A stretch of DNA of 63,639 bases, the filler included, from Octopus bimaculoides (Eukaryota), in assembly GCF_001194135.2 (NCBI RefSeq). It is 5 parts of 4 records of this genome, joined end to end, with 100 filler letters (N's around TTAATTAATTAA, not from the genome) between each part and the next. Parts side by side here need not be neighbours in the genome. Positions count along the whole stretch, not along the records: positions 50,068 to 61,521 come from NC_069002.1; positions 61,622 to 63,639 come from NW_026428536.1; 3 more parts are not named here. One strand, 5' to 3'. Position 1 is the stretch's first letter; each line of letters starts with the position of its first letter. The notes under the pieces are model-generated. The model was not told the DNA's origin and made no database searches. It saw nothing but the letters and a program-made list of their open reading frames with translations. The translations under genes were made by a program, and so were the position numbers. This document shows positions 51,255 through 63,639 of the stretch, one piece after another.

Positions 51255-52250
51255 TTCGCACTGTTGTTAGCACAACGGACGAAATGCTTAGCGGCATTTT
51301 GTCCGTCTTTATATTTTAAATTCAAATTCTGCCGAGGTCGAATTTGTCGTTCCACTTTCGCAATCGATAAAACGACTACAAGCTGAACACTGGGGTCAAA
51401 ATAATATAATCGACATATCCCCTCCCCTGGTATTGCTGGCCTCGTACCAAAACTTTAAATCATTATTATCATTCGAACATTATTATCATTATTATTGTTG
51501 TTGTTGTTATTTAAAAGGCGGTGAGCTGGCAGAATCGTTAGCACGCCGGGCGAAACGCTTAGCGGTATTTCGTCTGCCGCAACGTTTCTTTTCTTTCCAT
51601 CCTTTCGGGGTCGATAAATTAAGCACCAGTGAAACACTGGGGTCCATGTAATCAAGTATTTCCCTCCTCCCAAATTTTAGGCTTTGTGCCTTTAGTAGAA
51701 AGGATTCTTATCATTATTATTATTATCATAAGGGGCGAAACCCGGCGAGCTGGCAGAAACGGTAGCACGCCGGGCAAAATGCCTAGTGGTATTTCGCNNN
51801 NNNNNNNNNNNNNNNNNNNNNNNNNNNNNNNNNNNNNNNNNNNNNNNNNNNNNNNNNNNNNNNNNNNNNNNNNNNNNNNNNNNNNNNNNNNNNNNNNNNN
51901 NNNNNNNNNNNNNNNNNNNNNNNNNNNNNNNNNNNNNNNNNNNNNNNNNNNNNNNNNNNNNNNNNNNNNNNNNNNNNNNNNNNNNNNNNNNNNNNNNNNN
52001 NNNNNNNNNNNNNNNNNNNNNNNNNNNNNNNNNNNNNNNNNNNNNNNNNNNNNNNNNNNNNNNNNNNNNNNNNNNNNNNNNNNNNNNNNNNNNNNNNNNN
52101 NNNNNNNNNNNNNNNNNNNNNNNNNNNNNNNNNNNNNNNNNNNNNNNNNNNNNNNNNNNNNNNNNNNNNNNNNNGTCGAGCACCGGAGTCGACGTGATCG
52201 ACTTATCTTCTCCCCAAAAATGACTGCCCTTGTTTCAAAATTTGAAACCA
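51255..52250 (+). mobile_element. Head-to-tail chain of SINE family A copies
   Basis: At least three heads (about 51255, 51515, 51745) separated by (TTA)n-rich tails. Interrupted by a gap. Confidence 0.75.
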
Positions 52251-52253
52251 TTA

Positions 52254-52318
<65 letters not shown>

Positions 52319-53213
52319 ATACAAGGCTGTTGTTTGAGCGTCGCGTTCAAAAACACCGGGATCGAGTTTCTCTTACGCCCCTGCAACACCCAATATCATA
52401 CCAAATACTTGTCAGGTACGAGAGGTGCGTGTAAATCCATTCGTATTCTGCACAGAATCGCAATTATTTGTTAAAGCGGTTGTCTCAGTCTATGACGCAC
52501 ACATAGACAATGGAAATGGTGGTGGAACACTACAGTTGTTCCCAGGGCAAATGGAATGACGGAAACGTTAAAAAGGTTCCATAGCTTTTATTTTTTGTTA
52601 TTTGGTACTTTCTTTCTTCTTCGGACTCTGACCATACTGCAGCGCTCTTAAAGGGTTTATATCGGACAAATCGACTCCATTATTTAAGTCAGATATTTTC
52701 TATAAACAGCACCGACTATCAAGCGGTAGAGTGGGACAAATACAAGACAGAAATTCAAGACAAACACAAAGACACTCACAAACTGACAGACTTCTTCATA
52801 GTTTCCGTCTATAAAATTCACTCGTGTGTTCGTAGTTAAATGTTTTCTGTTTAACAGCTAATCGTTGCATTTATTCATAGCTTCTCAAATTTCATTTCCC
52901 TGCAAACGTGAAATCATTTGGAAAGACTATACTATTATAGTCTTTTATAGTATTACCATTATAATATGTTTTAATTCTTTGTCAATAGACATGCTAAAGT
53001 TCTATGGAATTTCACACTAACTTTCACTAAATCAGTGAGGGGGGCTCATATGAATACGACAAAGAATTTTCATAATATCGTATTTAGTACGAGGCAGATT
53101 CACAGCCACTGTGCCACGTTATTGTACCACCGGGTATATTTTGTAGAATTTAAGGGTGGGGGCTACTCTCGTACAGTGCGGTGCATCAGTGTGAAGATCG
53201 CTATATTCATACA

Positions 53214-53311
<98 letters not shown>

Positions 53312-53331
53312 GCAGCAGCGGCAGCAGCAGC

Positions 53332-53400
<69 letters not shown>
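53214..53400. repeat. Compound (AGT)n-(AGC)n-(AGT)n microsatellite
   Basis: Seen directly. Followed by a short tandem duplication of AGATTACGAAGATAATCTTGGGA at 53401-53449. Confidence 0.97.
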
Positions 53401-53402
<2 letters not shown>

Positions 53403-56400
53403 ATTACGAAGATAATCTTGGGAAGTAGATTACGAAGATAATCTTGGGAGGAAAATATTTGAAATCAAATTTAGTAATGTGGATGTTTACACAATGCTAA
53501 CATGGCGTTGTACAGGAAAGACGAACAACAATTTAATTATAAAAAAAGATAAAAATAAAGGCCAAAGAATCATTTCCGGAAACGCAGATGCGTCGACAAT
53601 TTGTGACACAATTAGGCGTTTCTGTTAGATTTGAATCCAACATTTTGTCGACAGTTTTATTTTTGCGTTTTGTTAGTTGAAGCGTCTGTGTTTTTTTATG
53701 TGTATTACTGTGTTGTTTTCTTTTTTTCACATATCACACCAATTTAGTGGCTAATTAACTAACGAATTTTCTGCTTGAATAAATTGCTCAGTGATACTAA
53801 TTTTCTCTCAGTCGAAACGAAAAAAGAAATACGTGCGAAAATATAGCTTAATGATTTGCGAATAAAAAGCAGAACAAATTAAAGTAGATGATTCGTAATT
53901 ACGACATTAATGATTAACCCCTGTAACCCGGCGCTAAATAATTTTTAGGAGCTGGATTAAAATGAGAATTTCTCCCCAAAATGTGTGACTGTATTAAGAA
54001 GTTAATTTCAATTATGTGTCCAGTTGCGCTGCACACGATAAATTGCAATCGTACCTATCGTAGGATCACATTTTCCAAATAACTTGACATTAAAATTTAT
54101 AAATAGGAATAATGTGAAAATCTCATTGATTGCATTTGTGTCTGGGCAGACTTTATTTCATGTCCTCGTACTTCGTATTAATTGTTGCTTATGTTTTATG
54201 ACGTCCTGTGCCCACATATGCATATGTATATGCGTAGATATGTAAGTATGTACGTATACGTATGTAATCATGCATTTGTATATATATTATTTATATTTAT
54301 TANNNNNNNNNNNNNNNNNNNNNNNNNNNNNNNNNNNNNNNNNNNNNNNNNNNNNNNNNNNNNNNNNNNNNNNNNNNNNNNNNNNNNNNNNNNNNNNNNN
54401 NNNNNNNNNNNNNNNNNNNNNNNNNNNNNNNNNNNNNNNNNNNNNNNNNNNNNNNNNNNNNNNNNNNNNNNNNNNNNNNNNNNNNNNNNNNNNNNNNNNN
54501 NNNNNNNNNNNNNNNNNNNNNNNNNNNNNNNNNNNNNNNNNNNNNNNNNNNNNNNNNNNNNNNNNNNNNNNNNNNNNNNNNNNNNNNNNNNNNNNNNNNN
54601 NNNNNNNNNNNNNNNNNNNNNNNNNNNNNNNNNNNNNNNNNNNNNNNNNNNNNNNNNNNNNNNNNNNNNNNNNNNNNNNNNNNNNNNNNNNNNNNNNNNN
54701 NNNNNNNNNNNNNNNNNNNNNNNNNNNNNNNNNNNNNNNNNNNNNNNNNNNNNNNNNNNNNNNNNNNNNNNNNNNNNNNNNNNNNNNNNNNNNNNNNNNN
54801 ATAGATAATTCTTTATTCTGTATATATCTCATTTTGTCAATGTTCTGGTGTTTTCGCGAACTTTTTCTGGAGAACATTATTTTTCTTTGTGGTTGGGTCG
54901 TTGATGACCTCTTTCTAGCATATTGGATGTCCACCTAGTGGTCATCTCTTATACACGTGTAATACATTTTTTTCTGAATTTTCAGACTTTTAATATGCTA
55001 GGCTACTTGGTTTCGGGCAACACACACACTTACATACACACACGCACGTACGTACACCAATTGCATACATATTTTTTGTACGCATAGATATATCCATGGA
55101 CACATGTGTGTCTGCGTGTTTATGTGTGTGCGTGTGTGTGTGTGTGTGTGTGTGCGTGTGTGTGTGTGTGTGTGTTTGTGTGTGTGTGTGGGGGGGGTCC
55201 TATAGCGGGAAGTTAATGCAAAGGAGATAATCGTTCCTTTAAGATATCAGCGAGCGGGTAGACGCTTGGATATGAAATTAAAAAAGAACGTAAAATATGA
55301 AGAGAATACAAGTATTCATATATTCATGTTCGTCGCTTACTTATTATAAAGATATTTTGCACCATTTCATTCTATTTAGAAACTGTGCCTAAAATAACCT
55401 TGTATTTCTTAATTAAATATTTTATTAATGAGATATCTCTTATAGCTGGAAAATAATTATAGTCTGCATGTAATTCATGGAATATTCTTTTCTGTCCCCC
55501 CCCCTCTCACTCTCTTTGTTGATAGGGTGCTATGTCAGAGTAAGCCTAGAACCAGGATATTCTAACTGAAATGTTGCCATATATTATTTACCTGAATTAA
55601 CTCCCTTTACAGCAATTTTCCATTGCACGTTACTGAGGACAATACCAGAAAAGAGTTTATAGGTTGACAATATCCTTCAAGGTATCGGCCTCATCAAAAC
55701 GCCTGATAAATAAATGTAACCATCAAATGATTGAATGAAATGTATGCAGTGTTTAGAAGCGATGTCATCCCGTTGGTATTCATACCAACCCAATATATAT
55801 TTTAGTAAGGTTATTTTTGTCTCTGGTTTACATTAACAAAGTATTCCGTGATTGCGGGAGAGAGTGGGTTAGTCAATCTTCCGTTTGTACCAAGTAGACT
55901 AGCTTTTCCCCAAATTGCTGTTATATTCTGTCGGTTGCATCTCTTGACAGAATTGTCACATGGTGTAATTTAATTTGAGAGAGCCAAAACAGATACAACA
56001 AGGAATCTCCCTCCCTACTAATTCAAAGCCAGGAATTGAAACATCTTTATCATCGACGAAGGGATGAGAGGCAGAATTTGAACTCAGAACATAGAGAGTA
56101 TTCACGTATTGCATCCAGCACTCTAAAATCCCAGCCAACACTTTGTCTAATGTACAACTGTTTAAAATCTATTTCACTAAATGCGAAATGTATACACATA
56201 CGGTATTTATCTATAACGAAATCGACTGAAGCATTCACTAGTATATCGATCAACATGAAGTACTTGAGTGTCAGAGACAGGATAAGAACCTTGATCTTTT
56301 TGGTCAGGGAAGTATGACAGGTAATAACTTCTCAGATTAAATTTCTTTTGGAAATATAACCTACAGAGTAGATGACGTCATACTGGGATTAGAAATGCAA

Positions 56401-57243
56401 TCTCTTAATTTGTTTCTTTTTAACATTTAGAGAATATAGGAAAAGATACAGAACGATTTCTCTCGGAACCACTACAGAGACAGAAATAACATTAAACATA
56501 TAGAAAGCATTATTCGGAATGTGAAGAAAATCCAATAGAAATAATGATCATTTAAAAAATAAAATGGAAAAATATAAACAAAATAAAAGAATGACGTACG
56601 ATACCTTTCCGATAGCGGAAATATTTGACAGATTTTTTTTTTTACTTTTAGTTGAATATGTGCATTGCTTCGCCTCAGTAGACGATTTGTTGGCAAGCTG
56701 ATGACATTTTCCTTGTCACTAATAGATTTACAAGAGCGTTAAAATGTTTTAGACTGCATAAAGGAAAGCTTTTGGTAGTATTTTGCTCACTCTTAACAGT
56801 CATTATATTTGAAATTGAAAGTAAGTGTACTTGGGAATAACTTCCAAAGACAAAAAAATGTAGTTAAAAAGAAGATACAATACCGTAAGAAAAAGAAGGT
56901 AATACGATATTGTGGCAGATTAACTTGTAGCTACGTCACTATTAATAATGAAATAAAATGAAACAAAGGCATTAAAGTTTGCAAAAATGTTTCTGCTAGA
57001 AATTTTACCAATCAAAAGTTTGTGGAGTAATTCGTTGAAATTCTTTTTCCTTTTCGTTATTGAAGTGGTCATAAAAAGAACTTCTCTGATCTGAGGCAAT
57101 AATAAACATTATTAATTACGAAGAATATACCAGATGGCTGAGCAGAAGACATATTCCCATCATGGAATTTGCACTGGAAATAGAAATAATTAACCAAATT
57201 TTCTCCTTGTATTTAATATTTCCTAAACGTTACTTGTTGGTTT

Positions 57244-57312
<69 letters not shown>

Positions 57313-57944
57313 CGTGCGCGTGTGTGCATGTGTGTGTGTGAAGTAGAGCTGTGTTTTTTTAATTGATTCAAATTTGTAAGTGCACATTATTAATGAAATT
57401 GCTTCTAAACAAGACAGACCAATTTCATTTATTCTATATTTTGTGTCCTGTGAACGAAGCCAGATCTGCAAGTAATATCATGTTGTTAACTGATACATTA
57501 GTTTGCTCATTTACATCAATCCGTTGAAGCGAGCTAAAGAGAGAACGTCAACGCAGCCGATAGAGCGATCAGAAATAGCAACGAAGCTTTGCTCAAATCC
57601 TACACTACTAACTTATAAAATGAATAAAATCATTTAAATATGCATTTCAAAACGTCGATTGGACACAGCTTGAATGCGTTTCAACATATATATAATCGAG
57701 CAGCTTTATCTTTTGACTAAACTATGATAACGGCATCAACACAAATACAACAGCAACAACCAAAATTTGGTGGCAGGAAATTTTATACCTATTTATTGTT
57801 GTTAAGTCAGTGGAAGGGAAATGAGTTTTAAATGATTCCATCTCATCCTCAGTTTTGGTATACGATCTAGTCATAATTCCTCTGCAGTTTCAAATATCTG
57901 AAACCTCCGTAAGCTGGAGCACGAATATACTCATGCTTATATAT

Positions 57945-57982
57945 ATATATTGAGATATATATATATATATATATATATATAG

Positions 57983-58046
<64 letters not shown>

Positions 58047-58087
58047 GTAGGTAGATATACATGTATATGTGTATATTTATACAGAGA

Positions 58088-58125
<38 letters not shown>
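57945..58125. repeat. (TA)n / (AGAT)n compound microsatellite
   Basis: Seen directly. Confidence 0.95.
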
Positions 58126-58129
<4 letters not shown>

Positions 58130-58555
58130 TAACTGACGACTATCATCATACTTCAAACTCAAGAGCACCCACGAATTTCAGTCAAACTGTTTTTATCCAC
58201 ACACACACACACACATATGTGTGTGTGTGCGAGCGCGTCTGTGTGTGTGGGTAGGTGTGTGCATGATGAGCACATACAGGGACGCATATGTGTCAATGTA
58301 CACACACAAAAATGGATATGAAAAGCCTTAAGCCATTTCAAAGCTCCAGCTAAATTAAAATACACATTCAGAGGACATCTAGAGATGTTACCCATAAATA
58401 CATAGATACGAAAGCGACTCAAGAAAATAATGCAATTTTTATCGTAAATGGCGCATCTATCAATGAAATAATGTGATACTTTGTACAGATGTAAAGACAT
58501 GTAATCTTCATCATTAATTATATATATATATATATTGTATTGTTCATATTTAATC

Positions 58556-58626
<71 letters not shown>

Positions 58627-58849
58627 AGTGTGTGTATATAGGAGAACGTTGTGTATACATTCATAGGCAGAAATTATTTACGAACATAAATCAATGTGTG
58701 AAGTTAGGTTCACCATCTGAATGGAAAATTCGACAGACAAAAAAGAATAAAGAAATTCAAACTTGGCAGACATGCCTCATAGTAGCTCTCAATCATCTCC
58801 TGTGAACCCTGCCAGCAAGGAAAAAAACAGACACCTTAATTAGTACCGA

Positions 58850-59620
58850 TAGGTGCAGAATCATGGCCACACTGACATCAGATCATGGAGTTAACCATGG
58901 TAGTGTTCACCACAATATTGAGTCACTTGGATATTCAAAAGTATGTGCCCACTGGAAACGAAAGCAGCTGACAGATTAACATAAGAACGAAATGTTTAAC
59001 TATTTAATCGAAGGCTCATAACTGCTAATGAAACTTGGATTCATTTGCATGAACCAGAATCAAGAAGACTATAAGCGGAATGTTATCATCCGATGACTCC
59101 AAGAGCAAAAGAATTCGAGGCAGAAAAGAGTCAGCTGTAAACGTCATGGCGACTGGATTGTCATTTGGGATGTTCAAGGTTTTATTCTGGTTGATTTACT
59201 GCTAAACGGAAAACAGTCCGTTCTGAAGAGTACATTGCAACCCTTAAAAGATTTCAAGCAATAACATGCCGAGTAAGATGAAATTTGTAGATGAATAAAA
59301 TTCAACACGACAACACCAGGCCTGACTCAAGCCAAAGAAAAGAGAGTCAATCACCTCCTCGAGTGTCGACTCCATGGCATCTTCCCTACTCACCTGGCTT
59401 AGTCTCCACATACTTCCATCTCTTTTGTCCAATGAAAGAGGAACTGAGAGGCAAGTATTTTGGTGATGATGAAGAAGTGATAAATAATGAAATAGGTTAC
59501 TTCAGGAGTTAGATGAATTTTATGAAGCTGAGATAAACACTCCCACTCGTAGGTGCAACAATTACCGATTGAAGGAGGTAGTGCCTCTGTTGAGAAGTAG
59601 GGCTATGAATCACTGATGTA
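58850..59620 (+). mobile_element. Heavily decayed mariner transposase fragment
   Basis: Motifs ITANETWIH..EPES, QHDNTRP, PYSPGLVSTYFHLF, MKEELRGKYFGDDEEV, with many frameshifts. Confidence 0.8.
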
Positions 59621-59781
59621 CGATATGATTGATTGTGTTCCATATTTGTTTTTTTTAATAATTTCATTACATACATTCCTTCATACATGCGTACATGCAT
59701 ATAATTGCATACACAAATAATATATACTTACCAACACACACATGTGTGTATAGATATATACATGTTTGTGTGCATGTATGC

Positions 59782-59812
<31 letters not shown>

Positions 59813-59899
59813 NNNNNNNNNNNNNNNNNNNNNNNNNNNNNNNNNNNNNNNNNNNNNNNNNNNNNNNNNNNNNNNNNNNNNNNNNNNNNNNNNNNNNNN

Positions 59900-59931
<32 letters not shown>

Positions 59932-59937
59932 CATACA

Positions 59938-59969
<32 letters not shown>

Positions 59970-62459
59970 CATATATCCACATATATACATATGCATGAAT
60001 ATATATGCGTGTGTATCTATATGTAATATATATACTCATATATGTCTGTGACTGTGTTTCTGAAAATATATATATCAACACACAGGTACAAATACGAAAT
60101 TACGTTCACAAATCCACAGAATAACATTTCGACAAACGTTAACATCGAAATCTCTGGACCATAACTAAGAATAACCAAGCCATAACAAAATCGAAAACAA
60201 TTGCAGAGAAACAATATAAACCACAAGAAAATAAAGACCATTCCCAGGAAATTCTGGATAAACAGGAAATAAAACAAGTGAACGGAAGCGGGGGAAACAG
60301 GATACGAAAAACAGAAGAAACACTGAACCAAAACTAGGTACACAGGAATATTGAAAGATTTATTCATGAACTACATTAACTCTGAATATCAAAAAAAAAA
60401 AAAAAATAGAACCAACGATTTCCAAATGAAATGACGACACATATAGGTGATACCCTCAACACGTATGAACCACACGGGTAACTAACAAATAAAAATGTTA
60501 ACCACACAACTTCCTCACAAACATAATCAAATTGAAAAGTATTTAAAAAATATTATTAAGATCACACTCTGAGAATCATAGACATAGAAAAAGGTATCTA
60601 ACGTAGTGTTCAGACAGTTCGAACGAGACACAAGTGGGTGAAATTCAATTTAAATCCATAATCAGCTTTACAACTTGCATTGGTATTTTCTTCGAATTTC
60701 GTAGACTAAACAGAACTTTTGGACACATATTCACAAACATCCATTTTTTTTAATGTTGAGGCATCTCTAGAAGCAATCATCTTTATTTCAAGTGTAGGCC
60801 TATTCTACTGTCAATTCACTAAATTGGCAGTACATGCCTTGACGAATTAGTTAGTATTGTTGCAAAAATTAAGTATCTTTACGATTCATATGATTCCCCC
60901 TCAATATCAAACTGGTATCAAATATTGCCACAGACAATTTAAGATTATTAAATAATAAGAAGCCATTTTCCTTTATCTGCCTTTGAATAGTTAAAAAGTG
61001 CTGAAAGACGAAGTAATAAAGATGATATACAATATTGCAAAGTTTCAATATTTCCGCTTATCTAGTGTCGATTCTTCGCAACTGCCATATTAACTTCGAA
61101 AGTCACTTTGAATGAAAATCGTTTTTAACGAGATTCATTGGAGCAAACCCTGATAACGTTTGTAAAAAGCATGAAAATCTGAAGTTTCGTTTGTCACAGA
61201 CTAAATATCATTAATGAGAGGGGGCACACGAAGTGAAAGATATCATATGATGTTTGCCAAAATATATATACAAACTGACAAAGAAAGTTAACCGTATTTA
61301 AGATGTTTTAGGCATATTTTGATGCTGAAATTCTCCGACATTTTGAGAGTGCCTGCTGCACGAAAGCGTAAAAATACTCCGGAAGAATACGTTGTGTATA
61401 TATAGATATATAAATATAAAAAAAATTTTTGATATGAAAATACATTTCGAGAAACACACAAACACACAAAATACATGTGTGAACATACATATGCACTGTA
61501 AGTGTATATATATATATATATNNNNNNNNNNNNNNNNNNNNNNNNNNNNNNNNNNNNNNNNNNNNTTAATTAATTAANNNNNNNNNNNNNNNNNNNNNNN
61601 NNNNNNNNNNNNNNNNNNNNNTATATATATATATATATATATAAATATATATATATATAGATATATTTACTCATATATTTATATGCATATCTGTATATAT
61701 GTATCAATATATACGTGTGTGTATATGTATATGTGTGTGTAAATATGTACATGCATATGTGTGTGTAAATATAGATGTATACAGGTATATATATATATGT
61801 ATAAATATATATACGTGTGTGTGTGTATGTATATATGTGTGTGTACCCAATCTATATATGTAAAATATTCATGTTGGGCATGTGTATATGTATGTATGTG
61901 TATATAATGAACATGTACGTATAAAGGTCCTTTCAGTAAAATATCTAATAAATATATTATATGATATACAAAATTTTTGCATCCGCTTCTATTGTGTTGG
62001 AAAGATCAATTATCGTTTTACTGCTATTTCAATAGATATACATCGTCTACCCTTTAAAACTGATCATCAGACTCCAGTTTTATTTTTTTAATCATACATA
62101 TATCGGTGCTCTAGCATGGCGAAGCTGGTTCAGAGAGTTCTGCTTTGCGTTCGTGCAGTTCTGAATTCGATATTACAACGTGTTCATCTTGGAGGTATCT
62201 CTTCTGATACAATCTCAGGATTTTTATGTGACAATGGAATGGCATCAAACACACATATGTGCGTGTGTATGCATGTGTGTGTGTATGTGTAGGTATCTAT
62301 GTGTATATGGAGGTTTATTATGCAAATGTTGATGTGTGTCGAATGAATAAAAAGAATAGCGTTTAAAAAATTTCGTTGGAGATACATTAATTAAAACAAA
62401 TTGTATGCCAGTTGAAAACACACGAACACAATTTTCAGGTGAAGACACGCGCGCGCGCG

Positions 62460-62532
<73 letters not shown>

Positions 62533-63364
62533 NNNNNNNNNNNNNNNNNNNNNNNNNNNNNNNNNNNNNNNNNNNNNNNNNNNNNNNNNNNNNNNNNNNN
62601 NNNNNNNNNNNNNNNNNNNNNNNNNNNNNNNNNNNNNNNNNNNNNNNNNNNNNNNNNNNNNNNNNNNNNNNNNNNNNNNNNNNNNNNNNNNNNNNNNNNN
62701 NNNNNNNNNNNNNNNNNNNNNNNNNNNNNNNNNNNNNNNNNNNNNNNNNNNNNNNNNNNNNNNNNNNNNNNNNNNNNNNNNNNNNNNNNNNNNNNNNNNN
62801 NNNNNNNNNNNNNNNNNNNNNNNNNNNNNNNNNNNNNNNNNNNNNNNNNNNNNNNNNNNNNNNNNNNNNNNNNNNNNNNNNNNNNNNNNNNNNNNNNNNN
62901 NNNNNNNNNNNNNNNNNNNNNNNNNNNNNNNNNNNNNNNNNNNNNNNNNNNNNNNNNNNNNNTCAAGAAAAGTGTACTATACAGAACTAGTTTAAAAATC
63001 TAAAAACTCCAAGGGAGAATTTATAATACATAAAATCTATGAAATATTGGACTAAGAATTAAAATCTGTTACGGCATTTACTAGAAAAATGCTTCAAAAA
63101 ATCATCTCCGGGTTCTATATGCGAAATAAGGCTTATATTATATGCTTTAAGGTATCTGTTTCTAAACTTTTTTGCAAACTGGACTGGTTTCATGCAAGAC
63201 AATCGTTCCATGAACCTGGGAATCGCACACATAAGAAAACATAATAAAGTAATAAAGTGCATGATGTATAATTTAATTATTACATACATAATGCACACAT
63301 ATTACATATATATGATACATATATAATGCAAAGTTACCCCCTCACAAACATATAAATACATACA

Positions 63365-63425
<61 letters not shown>

Positions 63426-63639
63426 ATATATACGACGGACTTCTTTCAGTTCTCCGTCTACCAAATCCACTAACAAGGTAGAAGACACTGGCCCAAAGTG
63501 CCACGCTGTGTGACCGAACCCAGGACCATGTGGTTGGTAAGCGTCTGTGTTTATACCCCCCCCTCCGCCATCATCGCTTGACAACCGATGTTTTCGTGTT
63601 TACGTCCCCGTAATTTAGATGTTAGGTAAAAGAGACCGA

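Noticed and set aside
60090-60900. Possible decayed LINE/Penelope coding remnant
   Set aside because: All frames are interrupted and I could not recognise a motif.

Overview
AT-rich, microsatellite-dense animal genomic DNA from a gapped assembly with many N runs. The repeat landscape looks cephalopod/Octopus-like, which is an inference. The only well-supported gene is a + strand TTC14 orthologue (S1-like domain, TPR repeats, very long Ser/Arg-rich disordered tail). I reconstructed 11 in-phase GT-AG exons from 16890 to the stop at 35409, encoding about 1257 aa; its 5' exons are not visible in the sequenced bases. The rest is repeats: three tRNA-type SINE-like families, R4/Dong-type REL-endonuclease LINE fragments in (TAA)n tracts, an RTE-like fragment, a decayed DD37E (TRT-like) Tc1 element with long TIRs, mariner relics, a hAT-type MITE and several foldback elements. 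The most unusual observations are: (1) a minimal hammerhead-ribozyme motif inside a perfect 78-bp inverted repeat, suggesting a Penelope/retrozyme-type structure; (2) repeated tail-to-tail sharing of TAA/TTA tracts between Dong-like LINE ends and one SINE family; (3) a mariner 3'-3' foldback 18 bp from a TTC14 splice donor. Most ORFs in the supplied track are microsatellite or N-gap artefacts. Repeat boundaries are approximate and were read by eye.
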